The translations under genes were made by a program, and so were the position numbers. Shown here piece after piece: positions 56,915 through 62,750 of a DNA stretch of 62,750 nt. The notes under the pieces were generated by a model that worked only from the letters and a program-made list of their open reading frames with translations, did no database searches and had not been told where the DNA came from. The DNA comes from Candidatus Undinarchaeales archaeon (GTDB lineage: Archaea; SpSt-1190; JASMDC01): the NCBI GenBank assembly GCA_030753015.1, contig JASMDC010000019.1, forward strand, positions 1 to 62,750, read 5' to 3'. Numbering within the stretch: the stretch's first letter is position 1; each line of letters opens with the position of its first letter.

Positions 56915-57505
56915 TTAACACGACGGCATACGCTGAGCGGCAGCGTTACCCATGATGATGTTCGGCCTGCCTCCCGTGTAGTCGAAGGAGATATACAACG
57001 TGGTACACTGGGGACCCATAGTGCCGCCGGCGTCAAAAGCGTGGCACTCTCCGTCCTGGAGGTTAGTGTAGTCGTCGGCAATGTTATCCGGCTCCGTCTG
57101 GGTCTGGATCTGGAATCCCAGAGTCTCGGCACCATCGGTAGCTATCTTACCGGCCATGCCGTTGGGCGGGTCACCGCCACCCTGGTCGAACAGGTCATCG
57201 TCGCATGATGTAGGCATAGGGATCGTGAAGCATGTGAAATCCCTGCCCAGGCCCTTGCCGCGTGCCACACATTGTCTTATGGCCCTATCGATGTCGTCCG
57301 CGCACCCGAAGGCCGGGTCCACTGCGTACTGCTCGGACTGGGGCAGCGAACGGAGACAGAGCCACCGCTTCATCTGGAACGCGACGAAGGCCGCGATCGC
57401 CAGACCCGCCGTGGCGATGATTAGATATTCGAGCGGGATGGCACCGCGCTCATCGCTGGCCATCCTCCTGAGAAGCATCTTCTTGCTCAGCTTGTACTTT
57501 CTCAT
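56915..57505 (-). CDS. Pilin-like class III signal-peptide protein (196 aa), the first gene of the operon
   Basis: A CAGATAAAAAG box about 25 nt upstream suggests a leaderless ATG. The N-terminus is ...RRMASDERG|AIPLEYLIIATAGLAIAAFVAF (Glu+5). The C-terminal domain has paired Cys. Confidence 0.65.
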   Translation of the reverse strand: MRKYKLSKKMLLRRMASDERGAIPLEYLIIATAGLAIAAFVAFQMKRWLCLRSLPQSEQYAVDPAFGCADDIDRAIRQCVARGKGLGRDFTCFTIPMPTSCDDDLFDQGGGDPPNGMAGKIATDGAETLGFQIQTQTEPDNIADDYTNLQDGECHAFDAGGTMGPQCTTLYISFDYTGGRPNIIMGNAAAQRMPSC

Positions 57506-57720
57506 ACTATTATGGAGACACGTATGCTTTTTATCTGTTACGCAAGGCGCCGCGCACCGACCAATCGAAGGTAGGAGAGCATACGCTGATGTGAAGGTCC
57601 GTGCCCAGCGCAGGATAGAGCCCCGGTGATGCGCTCAAGGGTCCTTGTCCTGACTGGGCGAGGGGGGATAGTCCCCCGACTGGTCGGGAGGGGCGTTCGC
57701 CGACGGATCGGTCCGGACGC

Positions 57721-58113
57721 TCAGCTCTGGACGATGCTCTGCAGGGCTTCCATCATGTCCAGAGGCGAAACGTAACCCAGCACGTCTCCGGATGCGGAGT
57801 CGCAGACGACGACGGCCGAGGGCCGCACGCGGCGGATGTCATGGTCCACGTTCTTGATGTCGGTCTCAGGATTGACCTTGACGACGTTCTCGTCCATGAT
57901 GTCCTTGGCGCAGGCGACGGTCGGGTCCTTTGCCTCGACTACAGTCTTGGCGACGATGATGTCCATCGTGATGGCACCCACGATCTCTTTCCCGGCCCTC
58001 ACGAGGGCGGTACCGTAGTAGCCCTGGAGCAGCCGCTTGGCCACCTGCTGCACGGTCTCGTCGGGTCCGACGATGATATATTCGTCATCCACCTTAAGGT
58101 CAGATACTAACAT
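57721..58113 (-). CDS. CBS-domain pair protein
   Basis: It has two CBS motifs (130 aa). Confidence 0.8.
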   Translation of the reverse strand: MLVSDLKVDDEYIIVGPDETVQQVAKRLLQGYYGTALVRAGKEIVGAITMDIIVAKTVVEAKDPTVACAKDIMDENVVKVNPETDIKNVDHDIRRVRPSAVVVCDSASGDVLGYVSPLDMMEALQSIVQS

Positions 58114-58183
58114 AGCGCATCACTTACCTGCCGCAGATACACACTGAGTTTTAAAAAAGTTTAGCATGAGGCGCGGCCTCGCC

Positions 58184-58645
58184 TCAGATCGTCTGATGTC
58201 GTCGCACCTCATAGAGGATGATGGCCGCCAGCCCTATCTCGGACAGCCCCTTGATCTCCGGAAGGTGGACGGACACGCCGGTCTCCACCTGTCCCTTGAG
58301 GCCGGGCGGATTGACGCCGCTGAACACCAGCATGACCTCGCCCTCGCCCTTGAGCTCGCCGCCAATGGCCTCGGTATCGATCTCGGTGCTCTCCTTCGTG
58401 TGCTCGATGAGATAGGCCTTGTCGGGACCGAAGAGGTTAACTGCCTCGAAGAGATCGTCGACGGCCATCACCGTGCGCCCCTCCGTCCATGCCAGATGCT
58501 GGACCTCCTTCACCCCGCGTGTCTTTGCGTCGGTCATGGGGCGTGAGAGGACGAGGATGTCCACGTTGAAGGCGAAGACCGTCTTAGCGAACTCCTCCAG
58601 CTTGCGGGCGTTGGCCACGTCATGGTAGACGACAATGAGGGTCAA
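58184..58645 (-). CDS. Hypothetical protein, possibly a SPOUT-like alpha/beta knot fold
   Basis: The 153-aa ORF has C-terminal MLVFSGVNPPGLKG...IGLAAIILYEV, reminiscent of SPOUT methyltransferase cores. This is a weak call. Confidence 0.3.
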   Translation of the reverse strand: MTLIVVYHDVANARKLEEFAKTVFAFNVDILVLSRPMTDAKTRGVKEVQHLAWTEGRTVMAVDDLFEAVNLFGPDKAYLIEHTKESTEIDTEAIGGELKGEGEVMLVFSGVNPPGLKGQVETGVSVHLPEIKGLSEIGLAAIILYEVRRHQTI

Positions 58646-58696
58646 TGCCCTGCGATGTGCTGCCCAATGTATAAATCTTCATCAGTGCACGGCGGG

Positions 58697-59599
58697 ATGT
58701 GTATGGCAGGGGACGCGGGGAGGGGCTCGATCAAGCTCATTGCTGCGGGCGAGACCGCCCTGCGCGCCGTGAACGGGCTCAGGGGCTCTGGTCGCGTGGT
58801 GGCCGTGTTCCGCCGGGCCGTGCACCTTGAGCTACCCCCTGCGGGTATGGCCGCGGTGTGCGTGCGCGATGTGGCCCCCGCCCCGCTCAACCTCGTGGCG
58901 GAGCTCTCACAAACAATGGACCTCGGTACTCTCTTTGCTCGGGACGATAGTGTGCGTCGGGAAGGGACATCGCTTGTGGTCGGTGAGCTGGCGTTCGATC
59001 TTGTGAGCGCTCCCGTATGGCATCCCCCTCCCCCGCCTGTCGCTATCGACTGGTCGGGCCTGTCGGACCGCGCGCACATCTGTGCAGCGACGGCCGCGGG
59101 CGTGCGGGAAGGGCTCGGCCCACTGGCGGCGGCAACGCTGGACGGGGAGAGGCCTGACGAGCTGGGTGCGCTCGCCCGGACGGCCCATGGACCTGTCCTG
59201 CTCCTTAGGGAAGGGGTGCAGATCAAGGATATCACGCTCGTATGTCGGGGTGCCCGCCAACTGGTAGGCCTCGGACCGGGCCTCACACCATCGGGTGACG
59301 ACGTGCTGGTGGGGATGCTGGCGGTGCTCTCACTGGCTGGTGAGACGTGGGTGGGTGAGGCCGTGGCGCCGGCGGTGCGTGATACGCCCGATTTCTCCCA
59401 GGCCGTGCTGCTGGAAGCGTGCAGGGGCGGGTTCGCAGCGGACGTGGACGCGCTGGCACGTGCGCTCCTCGCGGGCAACGCTGATGCCGTCGATGCCGCG
59501 TCGCGAGAGCTTCTTGATCACGGGGCCACTTCAGGCTCCGACATCTGTGCAGGTGTCGCCCTCGGGGCCTCGCTCGTGACCGACCTGCATAACACATAA
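58697..59599 (+). CDS. DUF2877-like protein (YlbF/AllH-like component)
   Basis: It has a GLGPGLTPSGDDVLVGML motif. A TGTATAAATC box lies about 25 nt before the ATG. It lies next to FdrA and DUF1116-like genes. Confidence 0.45.
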   Translation: MCMAGDAGRGSIKLIAAGETALRAVNGLRGSGRVVAVFRRAVHLELPPAGMAAVCVRDVAPAPLNLVAELSQTMDLGTLFARDDSVRREGTSLVVGELAFDLVSAPVWHPPPPPVAIDWSGLSDRAHICAATAAGVREGLGPLAAATLDGERPDELGALARTAHGPVLLLREGVQIKDITLVCRGARQLVGLGPGLTPSGDDVLVGMLAVLSLAGETWVGEAVAPAVRDTPDFSQAVLLEACRGGFAADVDALARALLAGNADAVDAASRELLDHGATSGSDICAGVALGASLVTDLHNT

Positions 59600-59628
59600 A
59601 TCATTTCGGCAGCTTCCCCTGACGTTCC

Positions 59629-61215
59629 GTGATCACCATGGTCGTGCGCGCTATCATCCAGAAGAACGCCTACCGTGACTCCGTATTCCTCATGAACCTC
59701 TCCCGCCGTCTTGGAGAGATGGACGGTGTCGGTAAGGCACACGCCCTCATGGGCACACCGACGAACATCAGACTGCTGAAGGAGGACGGCCTCCTCGTGC
59801 CCGAGCTGGAGGGCGCAGGGCCCAACGACCTCCTCGTTGTTGTCGAGGCGGCGAGCGACGACGTTGCGGACGCTGCCGTGAAGGCCGCGACCAGTACAGC
59901 CACAGCGCTTCGAGATGCAGGTGAACGGGCGTTCCCGTCCACCGCTGCCGCCCTGGAAGGATCGCCGGGCGCGAACCTCGCGCTCATCTCCATCCCCGGC
60001 CCCTTCGTACGCCGCGAGGCCATGCGTGTCCTGGACGAAGGGCTGAACGTGTTCCTCTTCTCAGACAATGTCTCCCTGGAGGACGAGGTCGCTCTAAAGC
60101 AACGGGCGAAGGAGAAGGGGCTCATCGTCATTGGCCCCGGTGCTGGGACCGCGATCGTCGGTGGGACCGCGATCGCCTTCGCCAACAGTATCCGGCCCGG
60201 ACCCGTGGGGATCGTAGGTGCGTCCGGCACCGGTATACAGGAGATCACCGTCCAGCTTCATCGCAGGGGCGGTGGCATCACCCACGCCATCGGGACGGGA
60301 GGCAGGGACCTCTACCGCGACGTAGGGGGTATCTCCTTCCTGACCGGTATGGACGCCCTTATCGCGGACAAGGACACCAAGGTGCTCGTGCTCGTGTCCA
60401 AGCCCGCCCATCCTGAAGTGGAGGCACTGGTGCTCGAACGGGCGAGGGCCGCCAAGGCGGCCGGAAAGCCGGTCATTGTCCATTTCATCGGCGGGGATCC
60501 CGTCGCCGTGGAGGCTGCCGGGCTCGTACCAGCGGCCACTCTGGAGGACGCTGCGGCCGCCGCCCTGGCCCTCCTCCATGGTAAGGAGCACTCACCGATC
60601 ATCTTCTCCGCTCCGCGGGATGAGGTCATGGCCATGGCTCGACAGGCCCAAGATGGCCTCATCGATGGCCAGACCGATATACGTGGCCTCTTCTCCGGCG
60701 GGACGTTGTGCGGCGAGGCGCTCCTGGTGCTGGGACCGGTCCTCGGTCCGGTCCGCTCTAACGCCACCAAGAACCCTGCGCTCAAGCTGGCCGATCCCAA
60801 TGTCAGCGAGGGCAACACCTGCGTGGACCTGGGCGAGGAGGAGTTCACCCAGGGACGCCCCCATCCCATGATCGACCATACGCTCCGCTGCCAACGCCTG
60901 GTGCAGGAGGCCCGCGATCCGGCCACTGCGGTCATACTCCTCGATGTGGTACTGGGGTACGGTTCCTCGGAGGATCCCGCCGGCTCCCTCATCCCCGCGA
61001 TCCAGGAAGCGAAAGCGATCGCCGCTGCAGAGGGCAGGTCGCTGGTCGTCGTAGCCTCGGTATGTGGTACCGACCTCGATCCCCAGGACCTGGCCAGCCA
61101 GGAGGCCGCCCTCCGGGAGGCGGGGGTCGTAGTACTTCCATCCAACGCACAGGCTGCGCGCATGGCGGCACTTATCGCCACTCGCGGAGATGCTGAGAAG
61201 ATAATCTTCGGGTGA
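59629..61215 (+). CDS. fdrA: FdrA-family protein (CoA-ligase-like, succinyl-CoA synthetase alpha/beta fold)
   Basis: The N-terminus AIIQKNAYRDSVFLMNLSRRLGEMDGVGKAHALMGTPTNIRLL is highly similar to bacterial FdrA (IKKGCFQDSVSLM...MGTPAN). It has CoA-binding and ligase-CoA domains. Confidence 0.8.
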   Translation: MITMVVRAIIQKNAYRDSVFLMNLSRRLGEMDGVGKAHALMGTPTNIRLLKEDGLLVPELEGAGPNDLLVVVEAASDDVADAAVKAATSTATALRDAGERAFPSTAAALEGSPGANLALISIPGPFVRREAMRVLDEGLNVFLFSDNVSLEDEVALKQRAKEKGLIVIGPGAGTAIVGGTAIAFANSIRPGPVGIVGASGTGIQEITVQLHRRGGGITHAIGTGGRDLYRDVGGISFLTGMDALIADKDTKVLVLVSKPAHPEVEALVLERARAAKAAGKPVIVHFIGGDPVAVEAAGLVPAATLEDAAAAALALLHGKEHSPIIFSAPRDEVMAMARQAQDGLIDGQTDIRGLFSGGTLCGEALLVLGPVLGPVRSNATKNPALKLADPNVSEGNTCVDLGEEEFTQGRPHPMIDHTLRCQRLVQEARDPATAVILLDVVLGYGSSEDPAGSLIPAIQEAKAIAAAEGRSLVVVASVCGTDLDPQDLASQEAALREAGVVVLPSNAQAARMAALIATRGDAEKIIFG

Positions 61216-62621
61216 TGCTCATGGACCTTCTGAACAATGACCTATCTGTGCTCAACATCGGCCTCAAGGGGTTCGCTTCGGACCTGAACGCTCAAGGGAC
61301 CGCGGTCTCCCACGTGGACTGGCGCCCCCCTGCCGGGGGCGATCCTGCCCTCATGGACGCGCTCGATGCGCTCAGGGGCGAACGGCTCGATAAAGCGAAC
61401 CGCACGGCCGTGGAACACCTCATGGCGGCACGACCCACGCTCGTCGGGGTTGGGATCGCTCGCGACATCATCCCCGGGATGACGGACACAAGCATCCTTC
61501 ACGCGGGACCCCCGATCACCTGGGATCGCATGTGCGGCCCGACCCGCGGCGCCATAATGGGAGCGCTCGTGTACGAGGGGCTTGCCCAGGACTATGATGA
61601 GGCTGCAAGTATCGGTGCTTCGGAGGAGATCACCTTCGATCCCTGTCACCATCACAGTACTGTCGGACCCATGACCGGTGTAGTGTCGCCCTCCATGCCC
61701 GTGTGGATCGTGGAGAACCATGCCGAGGGCACGGGGAACCGGGCGTTCTGTACCCTCAACGAAGGTCTGGGAAAAGTGCTCCGGTTCGGCGCCTACGGCG
61801 ATGATATCATCGCTCACCTCAAGTGGATGGAAGAGGTGCTGGGCCCCGGACTGACGGCTACCATGGAGCTGGCGGGACCCCTCGACCTGGGCACCATCAT
61901 CTCCCAGGCGCTCCAGATGGGCGACGAGTGCCACAATCGCAACAAGGCCGCGACATCTCTGCTGGTCCGCGCGCTCGCACCGTCCCTTGCGGAGACGGAC
62001 CTGCCCAAGTCCGACATTGTGCGCATCTTGCGGTTCATCGACTCGAACGACCATTTCTTCCTCAATATCTCCATGCCGGCGTGCAAGTGCGCCACGGACG
62101 CGGCCCATGGTATCAAGAGATCGTCCATGGTAACGTCTATGTCGAGGAACGGTACGGACTTCGGCGTGCGTGTGTCCGGATGCGATGACGCCTGGTTCGT
62201 GGCCCCTGCCCCCGAGGTCAAGGGACTGTACTTCCCCGGCTACTCGGCCAAGGACGCCAACCCGGACCTGGGTGACTCCACCATCACGGAGAGCGCCGGT
62301 ATCGGAGGATTCGCCATGGCCGCTGCCCCCGCCATCGTCCAGTTCGTGGGCGGGGTCGCCGAGGACTCGTTGAGGTACACCCGGGAGATGCTCACCATCA
62401 CCCTGGCCCAGAACCCTGACCACGCCATCCCGTCGCTGGATTTCGCCGGGAGCCCCACGGGCATCGACGTGTGCAAGGTCGTGGAGTCGGGTGTGGCGCC
62501 CTTTATCAATACGGGCATCGCCCACAAGGAGCCGGGTATCGGCCAGGTGGGTGCTGGCATCGTCCGGGCCCCCATGGAGTGCTTCCATCAGGCCCTCAGA
62601 CATCTCGCAGGACGCGCGTAG
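61212..62621 (+). CDS. DUF1116-like protein (YlbE/AllG-like), translationally coupled to fdrA
   Basis: It has an ATGA overlap with fdrA. The 469-aa assignment rests mainly on conserved synteny. Confidence 0.45.
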   Translation: MMLMDLLNNDLSVLNIGLKGFASDLNAQGTAVSHVDWRPPAGGDPALMDALDALRGERLDKANRTAVEHLMAARPTLVGVGIARDIIPGMTDTSILHAGPPITWDRMCGPTRGAIMGALVYEGLAQDYDEAASIGASEEITFDPCHHHSTVGPMTGVVSPSMPVWIVENHAEGTGNRAFCTLNEGLGKVLRFGAYGDDIIAHLKWMEEVLGPGLTATMELAGPLDLGTIISQALQMGDECHNRNKAATSLLVRALAPSLAETDLPKSDIVRILRFIDSNDHFFLNISMPACKCATDAAHGIKRSSMVTSMSRNGTDFGVRVSGCDDAWFVAPAPEVKGLYFPGYSAKDANPDLGDSTITESAGIGGFAMAAAPAIVQFVGGVAEDSLRYTREMLTITLAQNPDHAIPSLDFAGSPTGIDVCKVVESGVAPFINTGIAHKEPGIGQVGAGIVRAPMECFHQALRHLAGRA

Positions 62622-62637
62622 GCCATGGGCACGCTCC

Positions 62638-62750
62638 GGGACCTGCGCGCGCTGGTGGCACTCGAGCATCTGCACAACCGCGGCGAGCGTTCGTTGGCGT
62701 CCTTGTTTGCCGTCCTCCTGGTGCTTGCTGCGCTCGCTGCTCTCCCGATG
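62638..62750 (+). CDS. 5' end of a downstream ORF that is truncated by the window end
   Basis: ATG at 62638 opens an ORF running off the window. The product is hydrophobic. Confidence 0.2.

Noticed and set aside
1-62750. Search for tRNA, rRNA and CRISPR arrays
   Set aside because: I found no T-loop-like GGTTCGAATCC or cloverleaf candidates in the intergenic regions. There are no short direct repeats with unique spacers. All repeats seen are intragenic or promoter-associated.

Overview
This 62.75-kb window looks like a high-GC archaeal chromosome segment. The evidence is an archaeal-type AlaRS (N-terminal 'CxKCGKxFW...CGDPxC...FIGN' module), TATA-like boxes about 25 nt upstream of many start codons (leaderless mRNAs, several GTG starts), and A24 prepilin peptidases with pilin-like class III signal peptides. 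Housekeeping genes are alaS, a polyprenyl-diphosphate synthase, an aspartate aminotransferase, tyrA, two HAD hydrolases, a PfkB kinase, an HPS-like gene, an FKBP lipoprotein, an SPFH protein, CDF and CaCA transporters, an ABC-2 transporter, a subtilisin, a CYTH protein, and an FdrA/DUF1116/DUF2877 cluster. They are interleaved with a large cell-surface and accessory component.

The most striking element is a tightly overlapping nine-gene minus-strand operon (43807..57505). It encodes seven proteins with type IV pilin-like N-termini and a Gln(+1)/Glu(+5) cleavage-site signature (RG|QxxLE); three are pilin-sized (158-196 aa) and four are giant (418-964 aa). The operon also encodes a 1120-aa Sec-secreted, acidic, Cys-rich protein and ends with its own FlaK/PibD/EppA-like prepilin peptidase. 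No assembly ATPase or platform protein is encoded with it.

A second, longer prepilin-peptidase paralog sits divergently from two paralogous Cys-rich, C-terminally anchored surface proteins. One of these carries about 4.5 near-identical 225-nt tandem repeats. The first gene of the window is another class III, Gln+1 protein studded with N-glycosylation sequons. It sits behind a roughly 45-nt conserved palindrome-plus-TATA element, which recurs upstream of alaS and the prenyltransferase.

Other notable items:
- three radical SAM genes (one B12-binding, one SPASM/twitch, one with an N-terminal zinc ribbon and a leaderless GTG start);
- a low-GC IS110-family insertion next to a TnpB remnant;
- a tandem-duplicated M42-like peptidase lacking the dimerization domain;
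- a 1300-aa protein built from about 95 copies of a 13-residue 'AAxxYExAGxWxx' repeat, ending in a zinc ribbon.

I found no rRNA, tRNA or CRISPR array.
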